DNA of 63,483 bases, counting the filler, from Chiloscyllium plagiosum (lineage: Eukaryota), in the NCBI RefSeq assembly GCF_004010195.1. It is 4 parts of one record of this genome, joined end to end, with 100 filler letters (N's around TTAATTAATTAA, not from the genome) between each part and the next. Parts side by side here need not be neighbours in the genome. Positions count along the whole stretch, not along the records: positions 1 to 29,049 come from NC_057714.1; 3 more parts are not named here. One strand, 5' to 3'. Made by a program: the position numbers and the translations under genes. Shown in pieces: positions 12,324-23,914 of the stretch; position 1 is the first letter of the stretch; each line of letters begins with the position of its first letter. Below the pieces are notes generated by a model. That model had not been told where the DNA came from. It saw only the letters and a program-made list of their open reading frames with translations, and did not search any database.

Positions 12324-12430
12324 GTGACAGGAAACCAGTGAAAAGCAAAGTTCCTGTGAAACCAGTTTATAAGACAATTACATTAAAAAGCAGAAAGCAG
12401 TTTTTAAGAAACCAAAAGAGGAAAATTTAA
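12324..12430 (+). CDS. TFPI2: TFPI2 terminal coding exon: basic C-terminal tail and stop
   Basis: Strong acceptor tttgtttcctttttaacag|12324. In phase 1 it reads (R)DRKPVKSKVPVKPVYKTITLKSRKQFLRNQKRKI-TAA, a Lys/Arg-rich tail typical of TFPI2, and is followed by ~1 kb of repeat-free AT-rich sequence. Confidence 0.85.
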
Positions 12431-13440
12431 ATGTTGACCACTCCTAGCAAGGAGGTCCAAGTCAAATGTTCTTACATTTTCCATCTTGGATTAAAATCTG
12501 GACTGTAATCAACATTTTCTTCATATCTTTGAAGATGAAAAGAGGATTTACAACCATTATCTAATCTCCCACAGTAGTCTGAGAGTACAGAGCTTTTTTT
12601 TTCAGATTATGCTTTTGCTGCATTTATTATGGTGTCACTAATTTTGCTGAAGAGAATATTTTAATGACAATGGGAAACTAAAGAAAGGAAGGATTTAATG
12701 GATCAACTGATCATTTGTCATTCCACTCGTTTTTATACTGTTCTAGTGGAATCTGTTTCTTTTAGATATCATACAATTGAAATGGATTAATTTCAAGCAT
12801 AGAATGCAGTAAAAAAGATTTTACTTCAAGATCTGTGCACTCTTCTTTAATGCTTGTTTAGTTGGAAAATGTATTCCTTGTGGTCAATTTCTTCTTGTCA
12901 TCTTTTCTATGACTTATTTCCATTCCTGTAGAATTATTAAGTCCTCTCATAATTATCACTTAAAATTCAAAAGCACCAGCAATTTCAACTGGTTCACTAC
13001 ATTTAAATGGGTGCTAACCTCTACATTAGGTTCTTTGTGACTAACAGTGAGAGGACTAGAACGTAGAGTTTAATTCCATTTCTGAGCACAGATTTACAAA
13101 GGAACCTTGAGCTCTCTTTCAAAAGAAATAGAGCTCAGAGAAGTTAAATTACATTGTTGCTTTAACTAGTTAGAATCACATTAAATCCTATAATTGATTA
13201 AAGCATACTAAATAATTTTTATGGCTTTTTTTTTTTAGCAATTATATACATATTAAATATGAAGTACTAGAATTTATTCTTAAGAAGTGGAGAAATTTGA
13301 TAATATCCAAAAACGCTATCTTATTGGAATAAATTCTGCATTGCCACTTCCTGTTATAAGTGCACAGTAGAAATGGGAATATTTATGTACTGAAGCCTTT
13401 TAAAAAATTAAAAAGAATGAATAACAAACTTGTGAACTTA
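12431..13440 (+). other. TFPI2: TFPI2 3'UTR (end approximate)
   Basis: Repeat-free AT-rich sequence after the stop codon, with ATTTA motifs, AATAAA at 13328 and a U/GU-rich stretch near 13430-13450. Confidence 0.6.
13328..13333 (+). terminator. Candidate polyadenylation signal AATAAA
   Basis: Canonical hexamer ~900 nt after the stop codon; also preserved in the duplicated copy at 16747-16752. Confidence 0.5.
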
Positions 13441-13967
13441 TTTCTTTGTATAGATTACAGGGTAACAGTTCTGAACTGCTTATGCATTAAATTTGTAGCC
13501 TTGCAGTAGGCTTCTGGAGAAGTGTTTCCAGTGATTTCAAATCTAATCCAATAAAGATGCAATTTGAAAATGATGGGGAGGTGCCCCCTAGTTCAATGTC
13601 CACTCCACTGCCATTAAAAGTGTTGTGGATGGATGAACTTGCACACCTCTTCAGACACCCAGATTTGTCAGCAATTCTAATAGTCCGGACAGCACTGGAG
13701 TTCTATAGTGGGTCTGGCCAGCACAACAAGTATATGCAAGGATTGTGGGATAGGTTTGACTTGGCTTTATCTTTCCCCTCTCTCTGACGTACCAGTGTGG
13801 TGGGATTTAAAGAATGTGGAGGAGCTGGGGAAGAAACATACAAACATATAAACGAGTACAGGCTATCTAGTCCTTTGTGTCTGCTTTGCCATTTAATGAG
13901 TTCATAGTTGATCTCATTGTAATTCAAATCCATATTCCTGCTGACACCTGACACCTGCAAGCAACAA

Positions 13968-15243
13968 TTTGATTTCAGATAGTCAACATGGTTTCGTCAA
14001 GGGCAGGTCATGTCTCACAAACCTCATTGAGTTTTTTGAGAAGGTGACCAAGCATGTAAATGAGGGTAGGGCAGTTGATGTGGTGCATGTGGACTTCAGT
14101 AAAGCCTTTGATAAGGTTCCACATGGTAGGCTGTTGGAGAAAATGCAGAAGCATGGAATTGAGGGTGATTTAGCAGTTTGGATTAGAAACTGGCTTTCTG
14201 AAAGAAGGCAGCGAGTGGTGGTTGATGGCAAATATTCAGCCTGGAGTCCGGCTACTAGTGGTGTGCCACAAGGATCTGTTTTGGGACCACTGCTGTTTGT
14301 CATTTTTATAAATGACTAAGCGCAGATATAGGTGGATGGATTAGTAAATTTGTAGATGACACTAAAGTCGGTGGAGTAGTGGACAGTTTGGAAGAATGTT
14401 ACAGGTTGCAGGGGAACTTGGATAAACTGCAGAATTGGGCTGAGAGGTGTCAAATGGAGTTCAATGCAGCTAAATGTCAGGTGATGCACTTTGGGAAGAA
14501 TAACAGGAAGGCAGAGCACTGGGTCAATGGAAAGATTCTTGGTAGTGTGGATATGCAGAGGGATCTTGGTGTCCATGTATATAGATCCCTGAAAGTTGCC
14601 ACCCAGGTGGATAGTGCTGTTAAGGCATACGGTGTGTTAGGTTACATTCTTACAGGGATTGAGTTCCGGAGCTGCAATATCATGCTGCAACTATACAAAA
14701 CGCTGGTGCGGTCACACTTGGAATATTGTGTGCCGTTCTGGTCCCCATATTTCGGGAAGAATGTGGAAGCATTAGAAAAGGTGCAGAGAAGATTTACCAG
14801 GATGTTGCCTGGTCTGGAGGGAAGGTCTTATGAGGAAAGGCTGAGAGACTTCGGTCTGTTCTCATTGGAAAGAAGAAGGCTAAGAGGGAAATTGATAGAG
14901 ATATACAAGATGATCAGAGGATTAGATAGGGTAGACAGTGAAAGTCTTTTTCCTAGGATGATGATGTCTGCTTGTATGAGGGGTCATAACTACAAATTGA
15001 GGTGTGATAGATTTAAGACAGATGTCAGAGGCAGGTTCTTTACACAGTGAGTGGTAAGGGCATGGAATGCCCTATCCACTAATGTCGTCAACTCAGCCAC
15101 ATTAGGGAGATTTAAACAACCCTTAGATAAGCATATGGATGATTTGGGGGTAGTGTAGGTGGACGAGCTGAGAATAGTTCACAGGTCAGCGCAACATTGA
15201 GGGCCGAAGGGCCTGTTCTGCGCTTTATTGTTCTATGTTCTAT
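13968..15243 (+). mobile_element. CR1 LINE, 5'-truncated (RT domain to 3' tail)
   Basis: ORFs 13969-14319 ([15 protein letters not shown]...[11 protein letters not shown]...[14 protein letters not shown]) and 14379-15050; tail ttctatgttctat. Confidence 0.93.
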
Positions 15244-16370
15244 CATTTCACCCTCTTGTTTCACCAGAAAACATCCATGTCTGCCTTAAAAACATTCAAA
15301 GACTGCCTTATCAGGAAGGGAATTCCAAAATGTTAGACCTATGCAAGAAAATAACTTCACTTCTGCTCCGTTTTAACATGTAACCATATTAACCAGTGAC
15401 CCTTTAGATCTTGAATTTCCCATTTAATAGAAACAACCTCTCCATACCTATCCTGCCAAGATTATATGCACCGATTAAGTTATTTTTTTACTCCTTTAAA
15501 CTCCAGCAGATGCAAGCCTAGCCAACCTTTTCTCATGTGACAACCTGCCTATTCCAGGTATTAGTTTGGTGAACCTTCAATGAACAGCTTCGAATGCATT
15601 TACTTCTGGTCAACCTGTTCAGACCTGTTGTGACACACCTCTGGAGCAGATGGGACTTCAACCCTAGCCATTTATATACTTTCTTAAGGTGACCAATATT
15701 CTACACAGTGTTCCAGAAGTGGTCTTAGCAATGCATTGATTAACCAAAGCTTAACTTTTTAAATTTCTAAATAATTCCCCTCAGGATAAACAATAGCATT
15801 CTATTAGTATTCCTAATTGTTTGCTGTGCTTACATATGACCCTTTTGTGATTCAGGCAGTTAGACATCCAGATCATTCTGAATCTCGGAGCTCTGCAATC
15901 CCATACCCTTTACATAATATCCTTTTCTTAAAATTCTACCTATAAAATGGACAATTTCATACTTCCCTACATTATACACCATGTCAGCACATTTGGCAAA
16001 CATATCATCAGTTCCTTCATCCAAGCCCTTTATACAAATCGTAAACAGTTGAGTTCCCAGCACTTGAGCCCAGTGACACACCATTCATTACATCCTGCCA
16101 ATCTGGAAAAGACTAATTTATATTTACTCCCTGCTTCCTGTTAGTCAGCCAATCGTTTATCCATGTCAATGTGTTACTCCTACACCATGAGATTTTAGTT
16201 TCTACATTAACATATGGTGTGGCACTTCATCACATGCCTTTTAAAATTTGGAGACCATGTATCCAGTGGGTTCCTTTTATTCACAACATATACTTTCTTA
16301 AGATGACCAATATTCTACACAGTGTTCAGAAGCGTTCTTATTAGGTCATTGATTAGCCAAAGCATAAACT
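15244..16370 (-). mobile_element. Old degraded CR1 LINE fragments
   Basis: Decayed RT motifs on the minus strand (VLGTQLFTICIKGLDEGTDDMFAKCAD). An ~80-bp segment appears twice (about 15675-15755 and 16289-16368). Confidence 0.65.
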
Positions 16371-16609
16371 CAATGAACTCCATTTCAACAACTTCACCAA
16401 GACCTCAAATTCACTTGGGCCATCGCCTTCATCTCCCTCCCCTTCCTGGACCTCTCCACCTCCATCTCTGGTGACTCACCACTCTCTGGATGAAGGAATT
16501 TTTTACTCATCTCGGTCCGAAATGGTTTACCCTATATTCTTAGAATGTGCCCCTGGTCCTGGACTCCCCTACCATGAGAGACATCGTACCTATATTTACC
16601 CTGTCTAAT

Positions 16610-16890
16610 CTTACATAGAAAATTAATAGAATTACCTTTATGATCTTTACAGTAATTACATGTATATTAAATATATTAAAATATATGAAATACTCACTTT
16701 ATTCTTAGAATAAGGGAAATCTGATAGCTTTCAAAGATCCTGTTGGAATAAATTCTGTATTGCCATTTCCTGATATGAAATCTCACTTATAAAGAGGTAA
16801 TATTTATGTACTGAAACTTAAATAAATAAAATGAATAACAAATGATGTAACGTGTGAATGCATTTATTTCTCCAGATGACATGGTACATA
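16610..16890 (+). repeat. Diverged duplicate of the distal TFPI2 3'UTR/poly(A) region (~13190-13470)
   Basis: Colinear shared blocks: tattaaatat, tttattctta, ttggaataaattctg.attgcca.ttcctg, aatatttatgtactgaa, aatgaataacaaa. Confidence 0.8.
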
Positions 16891-17279
16891 ATGAGGTATG
16901 TGGTAAAGATGTATATAAGAAAGCCTATTACATTCTACATGACTCCCCGAAATGAACGCTTCACTGGTTAATGGTAAAATCAGCCCCAAACTGAGTGAAG
17001 GTGGATTTTCTAATATTTTGGGCTGCGCCAATTTCAGAGTTTCAGTTTCATGGAGTTATTCCTTCCGGGAGCTTTGGTAAACTGTTGCATGCAATTCTCT
17101 GCTACTCTCCTGCCTCCACGGTGCACTCTGATGCAATCTTGTGCTCAACAGGGGCAGAGGTGCTTACTGGTGCCAAGATCTTAAGGCACCAATGTCATGG
17201 GTACCATATTTAAACCCCAGCTGTACACTCTTTCAAACACTGCATCTAGGAACTACCCTCACTTATTGTTGTTCAATTA

Positions 17280-17440
17280 CAAACAGCATGGCAAAAACAG
17301 ACAAGTTGGTAACATAATTTTCAGACAGGGGCCTGGGAGTCCTGATGGATTGTATGATGGGAAAGGGGGCCATCTGCCTTCCTCAGGACTAACAGAGGAA
17401 CCGATGGCACAAGATGCTACCAGACTGCTTGAAGTAGATT
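17280..17440 (+). mobile_element. Harbinger-type Myb/SANT ORF relic
   Basis: MAKTDKLVT*FSDRGLGVLMDCMMGKGAICLPQD*QRNRWHKMLPDCLK resembles a decayed Harbinger Myb/SANT N-terminus and parallels the copy at 20810-21030. Confidence 0.4.
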
Positions 17441-17646
17441 CACCCACTCCTCTCACTCACGCTCACCAAACCATGCCTGCTCTCTGCATTTCATGCTCAT
17501 TCACTCTGGACACCTCACCAATTGTCCTGACTGAGGACAGATCAACACCCCAACTAATCAAAAATGACCATAAATCACTTTAGTAGACTAAGGACTACTC
17601 CACTTTGACTTTCTAACATTTGAGTAAAGAACAAGCAGTATATTTG

Positions 17647-17771
17647 TCACCTACCAAATGTATATTTGATTTTGCACATATCATCACACTATTGTCCCCC
17701 CTTTTGGGGGTGTGACAGGAGGAATATGAGGCTGAATATCAGTCCATTAAATCATATCATGAATGTTCTTT
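17647..17771 (+). repeat. 125-bp direct repeat, copy 1 (copy 2 at 18774-18898)
   Basis: tcacctaccaaatgtatatttg...atcatgaatgttcttt occurs twice, with two substitutions. Confidence 0.95.
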
Positions 17772-18773
17772 AAATAGCTGTAGTTATGACTTGACAGAGC
17801 AAGGTATACCAACATATCTGCCCCTGGACTGCTCGTTGCTAGCCAATGGACAGATATTGGACAATGCTCTTGACTTACCGTACCGTAACAGGCAACAGTG
17901 CTCACAGATTTAACTGAGGATTAATCCCTTACCCTATGAGACATGGTCATTAGTTTGAAGCACATGCTCTGTGCTCGCCAGGTAAGCTGCTGGCATATGC
18001 TGTAGGTGTGACATTAATGTAGCACAGTGGCATTAATCAGGATGTCCACCACTTAGATTGATCATTGCTGATGTGAAGGCTCATTAGAATTATTCCTGGG
18101 ATAAGAGGGCTCTCCTGTGAGGAAAGACTGATTAGAATGGGCCAATACACTTTGGAGTTTAGAAAGATGACAAGTTAGACACTGGATCATATGAGACCCT
18201 GACAGGTTTTGACAGAGTTTGACAGAGTAGCTGCTAACAGGTTGTTTCCATTGGGTGGAGTGTCTAGAACTGGAGGGTGTCAGCTACGGATAGTTGAACA
18301 ATTTTTATCAATACTGTCAAAATGGTAGAGACAATTTGAGCATGTTTTTAACCAGTGCTTATTTATATTTTACTATTTAACAGATTGCAACACTATATTG
18401 CAGTAAATTAAGTGGTTGCATTAACTTAATTATATGTGCACATTTTAGATCAGAAATCTAGAAGCCAGATTAATTTAATGGGTACAGTATGTCAAATGTT
18501 TTAAGACAAGCAAACAATTGTAGGTTTAAAATGAAATGTCTAATAACATGTAAGGAATTTTAATGCAGACATTCTCATGTGTATCAGAAGTTAAATAGAA
18601 CCTTTTTTTGTACTGAAGGGATCATTAGATCAGCTTTTAATCAATGTGATGGGATTTAGCTGAGAATTGTAATTAAAATTGTATCTAATTGCATTGGTCT
18701 ACACAGTTAGGAGCTCCTTTCAACTAAACCACTCGGCAGGAAATAGTTGCTTTGGAGTAAGCCATGGGTTTTA

Positions 18774-18898
18774 TCACCTACCAAATGTATATTTGATTTT
18801 GCACATATCATCACACTATTGTCCCCCCTTTTGGGGGTGTGATAGGAGGAATATGAGGCTGAATATAAGTCCATTAAATCATATCATGAATGTTCTTT
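18774..18898 (+). repeat. 125-bp direct repeat, copy 2
   Basis: Near-identical to 17647-17771. Confidence 0.95.
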
Positions 18899-18918
18899 TG
18901 TGGCCAAGACATTCTGGC

Positions 18919-19130
18919 ATGTGACTTGAACTCAGAGTTATCTGGGTATACATATGGGACACTACCACTGCATCGCAAGCCTATTCATTGAAACAGGAGA
19001 AAGTGAGGTCTGCAGATGCTGGAGATCAAAGTTGAAACTTTATTGCTGGAACAGATGTGACTTGAACTCAGAGTTATCTGGGTATACATATGGGACACTA
19101 CCACTGCATCGCAAGCCTATTCATTGAAAC
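18919..19130. repeat. Exact 76-bp duplication flanking a 60-bp PLE tail fragment
   Basis: 18919-18994 is identical to 19055-19130. The spacer aggagaaagtgaggtctgcagatgctggagatc... matches the minus-strand PLE terminus seen at 28933 and 42583. Confidence 0.92.
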
Positions 19131-19339
19131 CACAGGGAGTAAAACTGAACTGGTGTAAAATGGGTGATGGAGCCAAACCAACACCCTCGTGTTTTTCATC
19201 CACAAGTTGGGTTACAATTGCTTCCTTAACTGTTGCATGTAGCAATGAAAGAAGATTTTGCTGGAAGAATTCAGAAATGTGAATAGGGTTCATTGGCTAA
19301 ATATGTGTGTTAGTCAGAGCCATTGGAAATGTGGCTCAT

Positions 19340-19690
19340 TGGTAATGACACTGAAATGGTAATGAAGAGATAATTGAGTCAAAATCCCACCATTGTAGTT
19401 TGAGAATTAAAATTTGCTTTTTAACTACCTGGAAATATAAAGTATGTGTTAGTAAAAGAGAAGGTGAAGTTGTCAACTCACTGTAAAAATCCAAAGGTTC
19501 ACAGCCAGTTTCTAGGGAATGAAAGCTGCCACCTTTACCACCTAGTCTATAAATCACTCCAGGCACACAACTGCTCTCTGAGGCAGCCTAGAAGTTTGTC
19601 AAAGTAGATAGCAGCAATTCAGGAAAATAACCATATAATCTTCTCAGGGAATCTGGAGATGGATTAGTCTCAGAATAAATAACCGTAACC
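19340..19690 (+). mobile_element. Degenerate SacSINE1-like DeuSINE
   Basis: Decayed tRNA-like head (tggtaatgacactg...aaatcccacca) and Deu-like block ggttcac...tttctagggaatgaaagctgcc...ctagtctataaatcactccag. Confidence 0.45.
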
Positions 19691-19827
19691 TCAAATGAAT
19701 TTTGAACATCTTTCAGATCTGGTCTGACTCTTGAGTCGATTTAAACAGCTGGCGATGAATGGGAACAGACAGAGTATATATTTTACTGAATCCTTCTTCC
19801 CAGAGTTGGGAAGACTCAAATTTGGAT

Positions 19828-20140
19828 GGTATGGTGGCTCAGTGGTTAGCACTGCTGCCTCACAATGCCAGGGACCTGGGTTTAATTCCAGCCTGGATGA
19901 CTCTTTATTTGGAGTTTGCACATTCTCCCTGCGTCAGCGTGGGTTTCCTCCCACAGTCCAAAGTTGTGCAGTTTAAATGGATTGCCCTTGCTAAATTGCA
20001 TATAGTGTCCAGGGATGTGTAATTTAGGTGGATTAGCCAGAGGAAATGCAGGGATACAGGGATAGAATAGCAGGGTGAGTCTCGGTGAGATGCTCTTTGG
20101 AAAGTCGGTGAATGGTCTGTTTCTGCACTGTAGGGATTCA
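19828..20140 (+). mobile_element. HE1/V-SINE, near full length
   Basis: A-box ggtggctcagtggttagc, B-box-like gggtttaattcc, V-domain, CR1-like tail. Confidence 0.88.
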
Positions 20141-20809
20141 ATGGAAAACTCATTGTGACCTTTCCAGGAAGTTGTACATCTCAAATAATCATTGGACAAT
20201 TCAAACATTGAACAGGCTTCTGGGTAAATCCTGAGCAGAATGTGGAGGAGAGGATGTGCATTTCCGTGCTAGAAATGATGTATGGTGTTTGTAATTTCTT
20301 TCCGGCTCTACAGAAGCATGACACTAACACATTCAGGTTTTCTTGGCCTTTTATGGACCAAACCCTATGCATGATATGCCCTATAAATCATAAAATCCAA
20401 AAGGATGGCGAAAGCAGTGATGATCAGTGCTTTCAAAATGGAATTGTAAAGAAGCTGAGGGACATAACTTTTCACAGTTGGGGATGTCGCACTGCAAAGG
20501 ACGAGCACATTTCTGATAGACTGAATGATCTTCATCTGTGCTGTAAATGACTCCAAGGCCGAGCAAGTTTACTGGCCATTTCTTACCAAATCCGCTCCAT
20601 TAAATACCCACCCACCACTGCGGCATCCCTCTCGGTGAATTCTAGCTCATCTTACCACATGCTGTTCCTGGAACAATTAGCCACTCACTGGATATTCTGG
20701 GGTTACCTGCTATCCCTGGCACCAATGTTGGCATGGTAAATCTGTTGTGTGTATGGAAAAACACTGTCAGTCCAGAGCTGCTCTTCACAGCTCCTAATGT
20801 TTGTCCAGA

Positions 20810-21030
20810 CATTACAGAAAGGGGAAAATCGGTGTCCTGCTCTCCAGGCAGGAACCTGAAGCTCCTGCCAGTCAGGGTGATACGCAGGAGGGGTACCCTC
20901 TTCTGTATGGGACCAAAAATGGAGGACATGACACCAGACCATGCCAGACTGCTCTGAGGTTGCAACTCAGGTCATTGAGGCTCAGCCATCTGGAGAACCA
21001 CAGAAAGAGAGTCAATTACTTTCTTCACTC
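20810..21030 (+). mobile_element. Harbinger-type Myb/SANT ORF relic
   Basis: Across frameshifts: NLKLLPVRVIRRRGTLF ... CSEVATQV ... RKRVNYFLHS, matching the L..V..RR..LF / W.EVA..V / CRKK.NDL pattern. Confidence 0.5.
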
Positions 21031-22792
21031 CAATACCTCACACTCACTCTGTCTCTGCTACTGTTTCCACCTCCCACCAAAGCTCATGTAATACTGCTGT
21101 CTCGCTATTGCCTGCAACATCTTCCCTCACTTACTGTCACCCACCACAACCCCCCCAGCATTAACACTGCATGCCTTCTGCTTGACTTCAAGTTGAGAAT
21201 TCTCAACACCTAGCTTGTTCAGCACATTTGGTAAAATAGGAAGCTGGATATCAATGAAGCAAGTTGTGGCAGTCATAAGCTGTTTGACAAGGTATACCCC
21301 ACCACTACCTTTATTAGCAATTAGTCACTGCCCAATGAGAAATTTGCCTCACTGCTCAGTAAAAGTATACAAGATGCAGTGACTTGCTACTGATGTAGAA
21401 ATAGGCTTCATTAGATCTTTCATGTGATTCTGCCACAAATCTTGTCATAGCCCACATCGGTCAGGCCCTTATAAGATTTCATCCCATGTCCCAGAGCGGG
21501 TCGAACATTTTCCTCATTTTGAATTGACACTGTCTTTCATGATTGTGTGCTTTCTATGCTGCTCTTTAATTGAGCTTTTCTTTACATCAAACAGCATTAC
21601 CGTAGCTTCGATATGGCTCTGAGATTATTTCAGGCAGTAGTTAACTTACTTGATGGCTATCCTCCCCATCAAAACTCCGTGTTGCTTCATCACCAAGTTT
21701 ACAAAAAACTTACTGGTCTCAATGTTAAACTGCTTTCCTTCGGTAGCACACCAGCATTCTTGACAAAATAATGGCATTGATACAGGAGATTTAAGAATTA
21801 TTCTACTGATATTTTAGATATATGTAACACTCTAATTGGATTTATTTGCTATCCTTCTGCTAAGGATGAGGTCCAGGTCATTTGTGTAATTAGAGTGAGC
21901 TACTGAAGTAGATATTTATGGGATTACATCACAGATATATACCATAGAGTCATAGAGATGTACAGCACGGAAACGGTTTTCGTGCATACATCACCCTAGG
22001 CTAACACCGAGTGTGTCCTGGTGATAAAAGGCTGCTTTCTGCCCTATGTTATGCCTTGTTCAGGTACACGGACAATAAAAAAAAGCAGCTCTTCCTTGAA
22101 AAAAATTAAGTCGAGAAAATCACTGTTCAGTTCGAGGTAATCTGCATGAAGCGTTCAAGACACACGGACAGCAATTTCAAAAATGAAGAATATTGACACT
22201 TCTCAACAGCACTCAAGACAATTTATTCTTTGTGACAATCATTCAATAATTATGCATATGCTCATTGCTTTAATAGCACTTGTCTTCAATTTGTGACAGC
22301 CTTCAGCTAAATTGCCGCTTTTATTACTTTGTTGATCCTAAACGTGTATAGCAACTCTCAGCATTCAGAATTCTCGTCTCAATTTTACCGACAGAAAATC
22401 AATTCTGAGTCTTAAAAAGAAAGCAAGGACATCACTGAACAGAAGTTTAATCAAATATAAAATTTACAAAGATAACACAGGCTCCCTAAAGCTATGACAT
22501 GATGGCTGAGATGTTTGCCTTCAAGTAGAGCAGTGTCACAACTCACTTCACAGAAGGACTAGACTTTTATGGTATCTACCTCAGTGGTTGACCCATCTGG
22601 ATCTGGAACTCTTAATTCTCTCATGTGTTTTCAGGAGAAGACAACATGTAACACCAGCAATCAAACAAGAATAGGTCAGGGATTGACATAGCTGCAAGTA
22701 CACTTGGAGATAAAAGAGACCATTCTGGATCTGATGAATCAAAAGGGGGCCACATCAACTGCATGAGGAGAGGCCAGAGTGAGTGCCAAGGA

Positions 22793-22920
22793 TCAAAAAC
22801 AACTGCTGCAAAAGCTCAGTAGATCTCGCAGTATGTATGGAGTGAAAGCAGAGTTAATATTTAGAGTCCAGTGACTTTTCCTCAGAACTCGGTTCTGATT
22901 TCCAGCTTTCGCAGTTCTTT
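22793..22920 (-). mobile_element. PLE tail fragment with decayed hammerhead
   Basis: Reverse complement reads CTGAGGA-A-AAGTC-actg-GACTC-TAAAT; same family as 8260-8380 and 38580-38707. Confidence 0.65.
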
Positions 22921-23147
22921 CTACTATCCAGAGTAGAACTTTTAAGTGCAGATCCATATTTCTTTTAGCTGAGTTGAGGCTTTCTGCTTTGACTGAAAAT
23001 GGGCAGTGAATTTCAGACATGCACCACTCTCTGGGTGATAAACTCTTCCTCATGTCCCTTTTTAATTATTCTTTCAATCATCATAAATCTGTGTCCTGAT
23101 AATTGGCCTCTATACATGGGAAACAAATCTGTACTAGCTACTCTATC

Positions 23148-23350
23148 GTGGCTAGCTCAGTTGACTGAATGGTTACTTTACAATGAAGAATGAAGTCAAT
23201 GGTGTGGGTCCAATCCGATGATGGCTGAGATTACCATGAAGATCCTATCGTCTCAGTCTTGCTCCCTACTTGAGGTGTGGTGACCCTCTTTAAACTCACC
23301 ACCAGTCATCTCTCTCAAATGAGAAGCCCTGAGGTCCTCTGGTGACTTAA
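23148..23350 (+). mobile_element. tRNA-derived SINE, unassigned family (second copy at 37430-37635)
   Basis: A-box-like tagctcagttg and shared body tgaggtgtggtgaccctc...aa..caccacca...aatgagaa. Confidence 0.55.
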
Positions 23351-23914
23351 GTCCTCACCCCTTGACCATCTCTGTTCTAAGGAAAACCACTCTAGACTGT
23401 ACAATCTTTTCTCATTGTTGCTTATTTCAAACTTTACAACATTCTTGTAGATCCCCTGTATACTACCTGCTGTGCAATTTCTGTACTGGGTTGTCCAAAG
23501 TTGTATACTCAACTCTAGCTGTGGCCTAAACAGGATTTTGTAGAGTTCCAACATAATCTGTGCTTTTGTATTCCATCTTCATCAATGAAGAATAGCATTA
23601 TATATCTTCTGCTACCACCTCCACCTAGTATATGTACTCTGAGATTTGTCATTTCTTCTACCCTAATTTCCTAAACTGATTTCCTAGTCGTGCCTCTCAC
23701 ATTTGTTTGAATCGCCAACATATACAGTATCAGGAAATGCAAATTACTAAACAGAGCCCTGTTGAACACCACCAGAAACTACATTCTATTCATGAAAGCA
23801 TCCATTAACTGTTGGTCTTTGTTTCCTGATGCCAAGATAATTTGGCATACATTCTCCTGTATCCCAAGAGTTTTTACTTCTCTAACCTGTCTGCAATGTG
23901 GCACCTTGACTTAA

